From Actinomycetota bacterium (lineage in GTDB: Bacteria; Actinomycetota; JAHEXW01; JAGVPG01), in NCBI GenBank assembly GCA_020052375.1, contig JAGVPG010000034.1, forward strand, positions 7,660 to 71,659: a stretch of 64,000 bases of DNA. Reading direction: 5' to 3'. Below are positions 1 through 7,655 of the stretch, piece after piece. Each line of letters opens with the position of its first letter. The stretch's first letter is position 1. The position numbers and the translations under genes were made by a program. The notes beneath the pieces were generated by a model. The model was given only the letters and a program-made list of their open reading frames with translations. It ran no database searches and was not told where the DNA came from.

Positions 1-1
1 C

Positions 2-88
2 CTTGGCGTCGCGCCGAAGATCATCGGCAAGGCTTGCGATGAGCTGGATATCAAGATAAAAGACTGCGAGCTCGGCTGTTTTTAGTTA
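2..88 (+). CDS. 3' end of an upstream CDS (partial; ...KIIGKACDELDIKIKDCELGCF*). It may be the periplasmic substrate-binding protein of the downstream ABC transporter.
   Basis: An open frame runs off the 5' edge and ends at TAG 86-88. The position immediately upstream of the ABC permease supports the guess; no domain was recognised. Confidence 0.25.
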
Positions 89-98
89 AGGGGTAGCA

Positions 99-791
99 AT
101 GAATGTGATCTGGCAGGGATTGGTCGAAGCCGTCAAGCTTATAATCCGGCTTGATCCGGAAGTGCTCACAGTCCTTTTTCTGACACTGCGCGTGACTGGA
201 ACAGCTACATTGATCGCCCTGGTCCTGGGGTTGCCGATAGGCACATACCTCGCATTAAATGAGTTTCCAGGGCGCCAGCCCATAATAGCGCTTATAAACA
301 CGGGTATGGGATTGCCGCCCGTAGTCGTCGGATTGTTCGTGTTCCTCTTCCTGGCGAGATCGGGTCCTTTTGGATCCTTCGAGGTCCTTTACACGCCGAC
401 GGCGATGATCATCGCCGAGATCATTATAGCGACACCGATGGTCATGGGCGTTACGGTCGCGGCCATCCAGGCTCTGGACCCGCGACTCCAATTACAGATC
501 ATGTCACTCGGAGCAAATCGCTGGCAGTTCTTCTGGACGCTCGTCAAAGAGGCGCGCCTGTCCTTACTGGCTGCGGTCGCCGCCGGGTTTGGGGCGATCA
601 TCTCCGAAGTGGGCGCGGTCATGATGGTCGGCGGCAATATCAAGGGAGAGACTCGCGTGTTGACGACCGCCATCGTTCTGGCGACAAGACAGGGCCAGGT
701 CAGCCTGGCGATTGCTTTAAGCATCATCTTGCTCGGCTTGACGTTCTTTGTAAACATATTTATCACGAAAGCCCAACAGGGAAAAAGATAA
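99..791 (+). CDS. ABC transporter permease, ModB/TupB-type (tungstate/molybdate family)
   Basis: A 230-aa polytopic membrane protein with an MMVGGNIKGETRVLTTAIVL-type C-terminal motif. It is followed directly by a TOBE-domain ATPase and then the Moco biosynthesis genes. Confidence 0.7.
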   Translation: MNVIWQGLVEAVKLIIRLDPEVLTVLFLTLRVTGTATLIALVLGLPIGTYLALNEFPGRQPIIALINTGMGLPPVVVGLFVFLFLARSGPFGSFEVLYTPTAMIIAEIIIATPMVMGVTVAAIQALDPRLQLQIMSLGANRWQFFWTLVKEARLSLLAAVAAGFGAIISEVGAVMMVGGNIKGETRVLTTAIVLATRQGQVSLAIALSIILLGLTFFVNIFITKAQQGKR

Positions 792-792
792 G

Positions 793-1941
793 ATGACAGA
801 TACGCTGCTCGAACTCGAAAAAGTAGTCCATTCATACGCTGGGCGGCAAGTCCTCGAAGTAGAACGCCTGGAGGTCAAGGAGGGGGAGATGCTTGTCGTT
901 CTCGGACAGACCGGCACTGGTAAGAGCACGCTCCTTAGGGTGTTGAATCTTCTTGAACAGCCCGAACAGGGAGTCATACGGTGGAGAGGGCAGGAACTTC
1001 CGGCGAATCATGCCCGGCTGGAGATACGCCGCCGGATCGCCATGGCTTTTCAAGACCCGCTTCTTTTCAGGGCGAGCGTTTTTGACAACGTCGCGTATGG
1101 CTTGCGCTTAAGGCATCGGCCGAAGACGGAGATCGAAGAAAAAGTCGGTAAGATCCTGGGTTTGTTCAAGATCGGTCATCTGGCGACAAGAAACCCTAAC
1201 CAGACGTCGGGCGGGGAGGCGCAGAGAGTCGCTCTGGCGAGAGCATTGGTGATAGAACCGGACCTTCTTCTTCTTGACGAGCCGCTGGCGTCGCTGGACC
1301 CGGTCATCAAAGAGGAGCTGGCGAAGGATCTGATCGAGGTCCTGCACTCGCTGAATGTCAGTTGCGTATACGTGACTCACAGCAGGGAAGAGGCTTTCAT
1401 GGTGGCGGACAGGGTGGCCATCATCGAGCAGGGTAAGATAGCTCAGATAGGCGACCTGGAGGACGTTTTCTATAGACCCGCCAGCGTATCAGTCGCCGGT
1501 TTTGTAGGCGTGGATACGATCATTAAAGGGGAGGTCACAGAGCAAGAAAAAGGCCTTGCCGTCATCCGGATAGACCACGGGCAGATAGAAGCGATAACGG
1601 AATATCGACCGGGTGATAAGGTATTCGTCTGTATCAGGCCGGAAGATATAGTAGTAGAATCCTTTGACTCGGAGGTTCATGCCGGACACAAAGCTAGCGC
1701 CAGAAATCACCTGAAGGGAAAGGTCACGGGTATACGTACGCTGGGCGCTATTGCGAAGGTCAATATCGACTGCGGTGCGCCTCTGGTGGCCACGATCACC
1801 AAGCGTTCGCTGGATGACCTTGGGATAAAAAAAGATGACGAGGTCATTGCTAGTTTCAAGGCAACGTCTGTGCATGTCATAAAGAGTGAGGTGATACCCC
1901 CACCTAAATCCTCCCCCCTGCCTGCCGGCAGGCAGGCTTAA
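793..1941 (+). CDS. ABC transporter ATP-binding protein with C-terminal TOBE/MOP domain (ModC/TupC-like)
   Basis: Walker A GQTGTGKST, the signature LSGGEAQR and Walker B LLLLDEP are present, with a C-terminal TOBE-like ~70 aa. The last ~17 codons read through the 76-bp palindromic repeat at 1891-1966, so the true C-terminus is uncertain. Confidence 0.8.
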   Translation: MTDTLLELEKVVHSYAGRQVLEVERLEVKEGEMLVVLGQTGTGKSTLLRVLNLLEQPEQGVIRWRGQELPANHARLEIRRRIAMAFQDPLLFRASVFDNVAYGLRLRHRPKTEIEEKVGKILGLFKIGHLATRNPNQTSGGEAQRVALARALVIEPDLLLLDEPLASLDPVIKEELAKDLIEVLHSLNVSCVYVTHSREEAFMVADRVAIIEQGKIAQIGDLEDVFYRPASVSVAGFVGVDTIIKGEVTEQEKGLAVIRIDHGQIEAITEYRPGDKVFVCIRPEDIVVESFDSEVHAGHKASARNHLKGKVTGIRTLGAIAKVNIDCGAPLVATITKRSLDDLGIKKDDEVIASFKATSVHVIKSEVIPPPKSSPLPAGRQA

Positions 1942-1966
1942 AGGGGGAGGAATAAAAGGAGGGGGT
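1891..1966. repeat. 76-bp nested palindromic element (family A): CCTCCCCCC - central perfect palindrome CCTGCCTGCCGGCAGGCAGG - GGGGGAGG, ending in an AGGAGGGGGT...AAGGAG RBS-like tail
   Basis: An identical 76-bp copy lies at 4771-4846 and a copy without the central palindrome at 5309-5362. Diverged copies occur at 21725, 24343, 25274, 26605, 27053, 46281, 47354 and 49694. Confidence 0.85.
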
Positions 1967-1992
1967 AAAAAAGTAAGGAGTGAAGACGTTTT

Positions 1993-3234
1993 ATGATCAC
2001 GACTGATCAGGCACTTGAGATCATACTTAAGAAGGCGAAAAGGCTGGAACCGGTGAGTGTTCCTTTGATAGAGTCGTTAGGCAAAGTCCTGGCGGAGGAT
2101 ATCGTATCCGGTGACGACATACCGCCGTTCGCCAATTCCGCGATGGACGGATACGCGGTAGTGGCGTCAGATACTAAAGACGCGTCGGAAGACACTCCGG
2201 TCGAGCTTGAGGTGCTGGAAGACCAGCCGGCCGGGACTGTGGCGACGCAAGCAGTTAGAAAAGGAACAGCGATCCGGATCATGACCGGCGCTCCTCTGCC
2301 GGACGGCGCGGACGCCGTTGTACAGGTGGAGAACACCATCTCCGGCAAGGACCAGCGTGTACGGCACGGTTTTGTTAAGATCCTGAAACCCGTCAGAGCA
2401 ACCAATAATGTCAGAGAGGCCGGCGAGGATGTGAAGCGCGGCGAGATCGTCCTCACGGTGGGCACCCTTTTGGGACCGGCGGCGCTGGGGCTTCTCGCGT
2501 CTCTGGGTCATCCTCATGTCAAAGTATTCAGACCGGCGCGAATAGCGATCATAACGACCGGAGATGAACTTCTTGAGATAGACCAGCCTTTGCAGCCGGG
2601 TAAGATACGCAACTCGAATGCGTATTCCCTGTATGCCCAGGTCGAACAGACAGGAGCGGTACCGGTCAAGGCGGGTATAAGCGTCGATACAAAGGAAGCG
2701 CTGGCACGAATCCTTAAAACCGCTTTAGGTGATGCCGACATCATAATGACAACGGGCGGTGTTTCTGTGGGAGACTATGACCTGGTCAAAGATGTCTTGG
2801 ACTTGCTGGGTGCGAAACTCGAGTTTTGGAGGGTCGCGCAGAAACCGGGTAAGCCGTTCGGGTTCTGGACATATGAGGGCAAGTCGATATTCGGCCTGCC
2901 GGGAAACCCGGTAGCGACGATGGTCTGTTTTGAAGAGTACGTCCGCCCGGCAGCAAGAAAGATGATGGGGTATGACCTGCTGTTCCGGCCGGAAGTCGAG
3001 GCGACGACCACGAACGACATCAAAAAGAAACCGGGGCGCATCCATTTCATACGTGTGATCGTCGAAAAAAATGACAACGTTTATACGGTATCTTCAACGG
3101 GACCGCAAGGCTCGGGCATCTTGAAAAGCATGGTGCTGGCGAACGGCCTGGCATTGATCCCGGCGGACATTGAATTTGTCCAAGCGGGTGGAAAGGTAAA
3201 GGCTCATCTCATCGACCAACCGGAGGACCATTGA
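1993..3234 (+). CDS. moeA: Molybdopterin molybdenumtransferase MoeA
   Basis: The N-terminus ...DIPPFANSAMDGYAV is the classic MoeA motif. Length of 413 aa fits and a C-terminal MoeA_C-like domain is present. Confidence 0.9.
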   Translation: MITTDQALEIILKKAKRLEPVSVPLIESLGKVLAEDIVSGDDIPPFANSAMDGYAVVASDTKDASEDTPVELEVLEDQPAGTVATQAVRKGTAIRIMTGAPLPDGADAVVQVENTISGKDQRVRHGFVKILKPVRATNNVREAGEDVKRGEIVLTVGTLLGPAALGLLASLGHPHVKVFRPARIAIITTGDELLEIDQPLQPGKIRNSNAYSLYAQVEQTGAVPVKAGISVDTKEALARILKTALGDADIIMTTGGVSVGDYDLVKDVLDLLGAKLEFWRVAQKPGKPFGFWTYEGKSIFGLPGNPVATMVCFEEYVRPAARKMMGYDLLFRPEVEATTTNDIKKKPGRIHFIRVIVEKNDNVYTVSSTGPQGSGILKSMVLANGLALIPADIEFVQAGGKVKAHLIDQPEDH

Positions 3235-3275
3235 GGAAGGCAAGAGGCAAGAGGCAAGAAGCAAGAGGGAAAAAA

Positions 3276-4247
3276 GTGCTTAGAGATGCTTGTGGGAGAA
3301 GGATAGATTATTTGCGGATATCGGTCATCGACCGGTGCAACCTACGGTGTGTTTATTGTACGCCGGAACAGGGCGTCGACCTTCTTCCCCGCGATCGCAT
3401 CCTTGCTTACGAAGAGATGCTGGCGTTCTCGAAAGTCGCCGTCATAAACGGGATTGACAAGATCCGGTTGACCGGCGGTGAGCCGCTTATCAGGAGGGAT
3501 ATAATCGGCTTCGTGGAGAGGATGGCCAAGATACCCGGCCTTAAGGACCTGTCTATGACCACGAACGCTATACTTCTAGAGGAACTTGCTCTACCGCTTT
3601 ATGATGCCGGGTTGCACCGCCTGAACATCGGCATCGACACGCTCGACCCCGGGAAGTTCAAGGAGATAACAAGAGGCGGCGATGTCAACCAGGCGATCAA
3701 GGGGATCGAGAAAGCGTTGGAAATCGGTTTTTCACCCGTCAAGATAAACGTCGTCATCATGAAAGGCGTCAGCGAAGACATAACCCCGTTTGTCAAGTTC
3801 ATCAAGGACTATCCGATACACGTAAGGTTCATCGAGTATATGCCTGTAAGCAACGGGTTAAAGTCCAAGTTCTTTGTGCCCATATCCAAGGTGCGAGACC
3901 AACTGAAGAACGTTGAAGGTGTGCATAAAGCTCCGGCGCCGGTCGGGTTCGGACCGGCCAGGGAGTATTATAAGGTCGGTGATTCGGCCGGCACGATAGG
4001 TTTTATCCCCGCCATGAGCGAGCATTTTTGCGAGGAATGCAGCCGGCTGCGTTTGACGGCCGATGGGAAGCTCAGACTTTGTCTTTTCTCAGATACAGAG
4101 GTCGACATCCTCGGCGGATTAAGGCCCAAAGTGGATGACAAAAAGTTGACCGCGCTGCTCAAAGAGGCTGTGAAACTCAAGCCGGCGGAGTATAGTATTG
4201 TAAAGCGTGACGGTAAAGGCCGCACGATGAGCCAGATAGGCGGCTAA
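3276..4247 (+). CDS. moaA: GTP 3',8-cyclase MoaA (radical SAM)
   Basis: IDYLRISVIDRCNLRCVYC is the MoaA CxxxCxxC cluster motif. A C-terminal second cluster region (CEECSRLRLTADGKLRLCLF) is present. The start is called at GTG 3276 after a purine-rich stretch; the longer ORF from ATG 3231 adds an Arg/Lys-rich leader encoded by GCAAGA tandem repeats. Confidence 0.9.
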   Translation: MLRDACGRRIDYLRISVIDRCNLRCVYCTPEQGVDLLPRDRILAYEEMLAFSKVAVINGIDKIRLTGGEPLIRRDIIGFVERMAKIPGLKDLSMTTNAILLEELALPLYDAGLHRLNIGIDTLDPGKFKEITRGGDVNQAIKGIEKALEIGFSPVKINVVIMKGVSEDITPFVKFIKDYPIHVRFIEYMPVSNGLKSKFFVPISKVRDQLKNVEGVHKAPAPVGFGPAREYYKVGDSAGTIGFIPAMSEHFCEECSRLRLTADGKLRLCLFSDTEVDILGGLRPKVDDKKLTALLKEAVKLKPAEYSIVKRDGKGRTMSQIGG

Positions 4248-4288
4248 AAAAGAGCTGAAGGATGAAGGATGAAGGCTGAAGGAGCGAC

Positions 4289-4771
4289 GTGGATAAGAAA
4301 AAGCTGAGTCATGTGGATGACAAGGGGCGGGCGAAGATGGTGGATGTGAGCGGCAAAGAGATCACCGTCCGCGAAGCGACCGCCAGGGGTGAAGTCAGGA
4401 TGACCGCCGGCACCTTGAAGCTCATCCAGGAGAAAGGCATCCCCAAAGGCGATGTCCTTCCGGTCGCCCAGCTCGCCGGCATCATGGCGGCCAAGAAGAC
4501 GCACGAACTCATACCGATGTGTCATCCCCTTGCTCTGACCGGCGTCGACGTCGACTTCGAGATACGCGAGGATGAGCCGGTGATCGATGTGATATCCCAT
4601 GTCAAAACGCGGGACCGGACGGGTGTCGAGATGGAGGCCCTGACGGCCGTCTCGGTGGCGGCATTGACAATATACGATATGTGCAAAGCCGTAGAGAGAG
4701 GCATAAAGATAACAAACATAAGACTAGTAAGCAAAAGTGGTGGAAAAAGCGGTGAATATATTAGTGAGTAG
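4289..4771 (+). CDS. moaC: Cyclic pyranopterin monophosphate synthase MoaC
   Basis: 160 aa; ...[17 protein letters not shown]...[12 protein letters not shown] is the MoaC family. A GTG start follows the GAAGGAG RBS. Confidence 0.9.
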   Translation: MDKKKLSHVDDKGRAKMVDVSGKEITVREATARGEVRMTAGTLKLIQEKGIPKGDVLPVAQLAGIMAAKKTHELIPMCHPLALTGVDVDFEIREDEPVIDVISHVKTRDRTGVEMEALTAVSVAALTIYDMCKAVERGIKITNIRLVSKSGGKSGEYISE

Positions 4772-4846
4772 TGATACCCCCACCTAAATCCTCCCCCCTG
4801 CCTGCCGGCAGGCAGGCTTAAAGGGGGAGGAATAAAAGGAGGGGGT
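4771..4846. repeat. Family A nested palindromic element (identical to 1891-1966)
   Basis: Exact 76-bp match. It starts 0 nt after the moaC stop, and its tail supplies AAGGAG upstream of the next gene's GTG at 4867. Confidence 0.85.
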
Positions 4847-4866
4847 GGCTAAATAAGGAGTGAAGA

Positions 4867-5310
4867 GTGAAGGAACCAGAAGTTCTTGCTGTAAATGTAA
4901 GTGATAAGAAGGGGACGAAGAAGAAGACGGTCGAGAAATGCGTAGTCCTGAAAGAACACGGTATCGAGGGAGACGCCCACGCCGGTAAATGGCACAGGCA
5001 GGTAAGCCTGCTGGCCGTCGAGAGCATCGATAAGATGCAGGCGAAACTTACGAACATAACGCTGGAATACGGCGATTTCGCGGAGAATATAACCACGCGG
5101 GGCATCGACCTTAAGAACCTTCCCATCGGCACAAGATTGAAGGTCGGCGACGACGTGCTCCTGGAAGTCACGCAGATCGGCAAGGAATGCCATCTCGCGT
5201 GTGACATCAGGAAGCAGGTCGGTGACTGCATCATGCCGAGAGAAGGCATCTTCGCCAAAGTGCTGGAAGAAGGCGAAATAAAGGCCGGAAACAAAATACA
5301 AATAAGTTAG
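4867..5310 (+). CDS. MOSC domain-containing protein
   Basis: 147 aa; the KEHGIEGDAHAG...RQVSLL pattern is typical of MOSC beta-barrel proteins. Its position inside the Moco operon supports the call. Confidence 0.65.
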   Translation: MKEPEVLAVNVSDKKGTKKKTVEKCVVLKEHGIEGDAHAGKWHRQVSLLAVESIDKMQAKLTNITLEYGDFAENITTRGIDLKNLPIGTRLKVGDDVLLEVTQIGKECHLACDIRKQVGDCIMPREGIFAKVLEEGEIKAGNKIQIS

Positions 5311-5362
5311 TACCCCCACCTAAATCCTCCCCCTTAAAGGGGGAGGAATAAAAGGAGGGGGT
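5309..5362. repeat. Family A palindromic element, short variant lacking the central CTGCCTGCCGGCAGGCAGG module
   Basis: GTACCCCCACCTAAATCCTCCCCCTTAAAGGGGGAGGAATAAAAGGAGGGGGT. It is followed by the AGGAG RBS of mogA. Confidence 0.8.
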
Positions 5363-5382
5363 GGCCAGAATAGGAGCGAAAA

Positions 5383-5856
5383 ATGCGCGTTGCGGTACTG
5401 ACGATCAGCGACAAGGGGTCGCGCGGTGAGCGGGTCGACGAGAGCGGTCCTTACATAAAGGATAAGATGCTCGAGAAAGGCGCTAAGATCGTCGCCTTTG
5501 AGATCGTCCCCGATGAACTGGAGCAAATAATAGACAAGCTTATACACTATGCCGATGATGTCGGAGCGGATGTCGTGCTTACAACCGGAGGCACTGGCCT
5601 TTCACCCAGAGACGTGACACCGGAAGCGACACTGGCCGTCATAGACCGGAAAGCGTCCGGTTTTACGGAAGCCATCCGCGTTGAAAGTCTTAAAGCAACG
5701 CCTAATGCCATGCTGTCCAGGGCTGAAAGCGGCCTGCGCGGCTCGACGATCATCATAAACCTTTCGGGCAGCCTGAAAGCGGTCCGGGAACAACTGGATG
5801 TCCTTATCCCTGTCCTTCCGCATGCGCTCGAGATGCTGCAGGGAAAGGAGCACTAA
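5383..5856 (+). CDS. mogA: Molybdenum cofactor biosynthesis protein MogA/MoaB
   Basis: VLTISDKGSRGERVDESG...VVLTTGGTGLSPRDVTPEAT is the MogA/MoaB GGTG motif. Confidence 0.85.
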   Translation: MRVAVLTISDKGSRGERVDESGPYIKDKMLEKGAKIVAFEIVPDELEQIIDKLIHYADDVGADVVLTTGGTGLSPRDVTPEATLAVIDRKASGFTEAIRVESLKATPNAMLSRAESGLRGSTIIINLSGSLKAVREQLDVLIPVLPHALEMLQGKEH

Positions 5857-5864
5857 TAAGAGAG

Positions 5865-6476
5865 ATGACAAACAAGCGGATCATCCTCGGAGCGCTCATC
5901 GCCGCCTGCTTTGTCGCGGCTCTGACAATTGCCGTGTTCGCGCCTGCGGAGCAGACTCTAGGCAACGCGGCCAAGGTAGTCTACGTCCATGCCGGTCTCA
6001 TCTTCGTAAGTATGTGTCTGGTCACGGTCGTCGGGATAATGGGGCTTCTCTACCTGATCACCGGCCGCGACATCTTTTATAAATGGGCCAAACCGGCAAA
6101 ACGGGTTACGCTTATCTTCTGGGGCATCTATCTGATCTCGGGGATCGCCGCCATGTGGCTTGCCTGGGGCGGAATGATATGGCAAGAACCCCGGATGCTG
6201 CTCGGTTTCTCGATATTCATCCTCTTGATCGCCATATATATCCTGGCGACGACGGTACACGCGCCGAAACTGGTCTCATTGTTCAATGTCATCATGGGGG
6301 CGTCCGTCTGGCTCCTTCTGTCGCAAGTCCCGGCGATCTTGCATCCCACCACCAGGCCGATCAACAACAGCTCTTCGTTATGGATCAAACTGTCCACCCT
6401 CGCGATCCTGGTCCTTTTCGCGGTCGCCGCGGCGCTTTCCGTAGTATTATCCAAAGATTTTGAACAAAAAACCTAA
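5865..6476 (+). CDS. CcmC-like membrane protein with a degenerate WWD motif (paralog of CcmC)
   Basis: LAWGGMIWQEPRMLLGFSIF aligns with LAWGVWWTWDPRLVTYLILL of the bona fide CcmC at 11059-11751, but the WDP core is replaced by QEP. It is polytopic. Confidence 0.5.
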   Translation: MTNKRIILGALIAACFVAALTIAVFAPAEQTLGNAAKVVYVHAGLIFVSMCLVTVVGIMGLLYLITGRDIFYKWAKPAKRVTLIFWGIYLISGIAAMWLAWGGMIWQEPRMLLGFSIFILLIAIYILATTVHAPKLVSLFNVIMGASVWLLLSQVPAILHPTTRPINNSSSLWIKLSTLAILVLFAVAAALSVVLSKDFEQKT

Positions 6477-6546
6477 GACAAATCCTCCAATATGCCGAAA
6501 ATTGTTACAAAGCGTTGGAACACGAAGAGGCGGGGGATGATGCGTT

Positions 6547-7131
6547 ATGGACGAAAACAAGGAGCTTAAGGAATTGAGGAAGAAACCTGTAAGAAGAACC
6601 ACAAAACACCTGTTCGTGCCCATTATGGGCTTACTCTTTTTGGCTGTGCTCGTAGTCGGCGTGCCTTTCTACTGGACGTCACAGCCGGGCTTCTGCGGCA
6701 GCTGTCATATAATGAAGCCGTATTACAGCACGTGGCACACATCCACCCACGCCAAGCTAGGGTGCTTAAACTGTCATGAAGAGTCCGGCACGATGGGGCT
6801 GGTAAAAAGCCGGATCAACATAACCAAGAATATCCTCGTCAACTTTACGAAAAGACCTGACAAGGTGACTGTAAGTACAAAGATCGACAACACAAAGTGC
6901 TACGAATGCCATAACTCGAAAAGGAAAGTCACGCCGGCCGGCGATCTCAAGCTTCCTCCGAGGCACCACCTGGTGAAAGACAACAAGCTACAGTGTGTCC
7001 AGTGTCACCGGAAGCTGGTCCATAACGAGAAGCCGACGGGCAAGAACAAACCGCGCGAGGCCGTATGTGTCAAGTGCCATCAGGAGCAGAAGATATCGAC
7101 CGAGTGCAGGACGTGCCATTACGAGAAATAA
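6547..7131 (+). CDS. Membrane-anchored multiheme c-type cytochrome (NapC/NirT/NrfH-like), six CXXCH motifs
   Basis: An N-terminal TM helix precedes CGSCH, CLNCH, CYECH, CVQCH, CVKCH and CRTCH. It shares the N-terminal module TSQPGFCGSCHIMKPYYSTWHTSTHAK with the ORFs at 52906, 53758 and 57057. Confidence 0.75.
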   Translation: MDENKELKELRKKPVRRTTKHLFVPIMGLLFLAVLVVGVPFYWTSQPGFCGSCHIMKPYYSTWHTSTHAKLGCLNCHEESGTMGLVKSRINITKNILVNFTKRPDKVTVSTKIDNTKCYECHNSKRKVTPAGDLKLPPRHHLVKDNKLQCVQCHRKLVHNEKPTGKNKPREAVCVKCHQEQKISTECRTCHYEK

Positions 7132-7244
7132 CTACACCATGTAGTATTGTTATTTGACTGTTATTCTGATAATATTTAAAGTAGGTGCTGGTGTTTGGAT
7201 ATCTGGCATCTACTTTTTTGTTAACCGGGAGTGTGCATATATAA

Positions 7245-7643
7245 ATGGAAGCGCGTAGTAGAAATAGACTGATCATAGTCACAGGGATCGTTCTGGTACT
7301 TTTGGCGGTACTTTTATGGCGCTCGTCCACCGGCTCTTTGTCTTACTTCAAGACGGTCACGGAACTGAAAGCCGAAAAAGGGTTGATCGGGAAGACGGTC
7401 AAGGTCGGCGGCGAGGTCGTCAAGGGATCGGTCAAGAGGAGAGAAGACGGCGTCGACTTCACTATCAGCGACAAGAAGAGTACTATAAAGATCAGTTATG
7501 ACGGCACGATACCGTCGACTTTCGGTGAGGGCATCCAGGTCATCGCGGATGGTAAGTATGACAAGGAAGATCTGGTCAAGGCCGACTCACTGGTGACTAA
7601 ATGTCCGTCTAAATACAAAAGCGAAAAGATCGAAACCAAATAA
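7245..7643 (+). CDS. ccmE: Cytochrome c-type biogenesis heme chaperone CcmE
   Basis: 132 aa with an N-terminal TM; LSYFKTVTELKAE...VKVGGEVVKGSV matches the CcmE OB-fold pattern. It lies upstream of ccmF. Confidence 0.8.
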   Translation: MEARSRNRLIIVTGIVLVLLAVLLWRSSTGSLSYFKTVTELKAEKGLIGKTVKVGGEVVKGSVKRREDGVDFTISDKKSTIKISYDGTIPSTFGEGIQVIADGKYDKEDLVKADSLVTKCPSKYKSEKIETK

Positions 7644-7655
7644 GGAGAAGAGCTT

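Noticed and set aside
793-1941. ABC ATPase C-terminal extension ...[16 protein letters not shown] as a genuine functional tail
   Set aside because: These residues are encoded by the palindromic repeat itself (identical DNA follows moaC in a non-coding position). It is therefore read-through into an inserted element, not a conserved protein segment.
1891-5362. Moco riboswitch in the moa operon
   Set aside because: The elements are near-perfect DNA palindromes that also occur at eight unrelated intergenic sites. Their length and structure do not resemble the ~130-nt Moco RNA motif. They are more likely REP-like hairpins.
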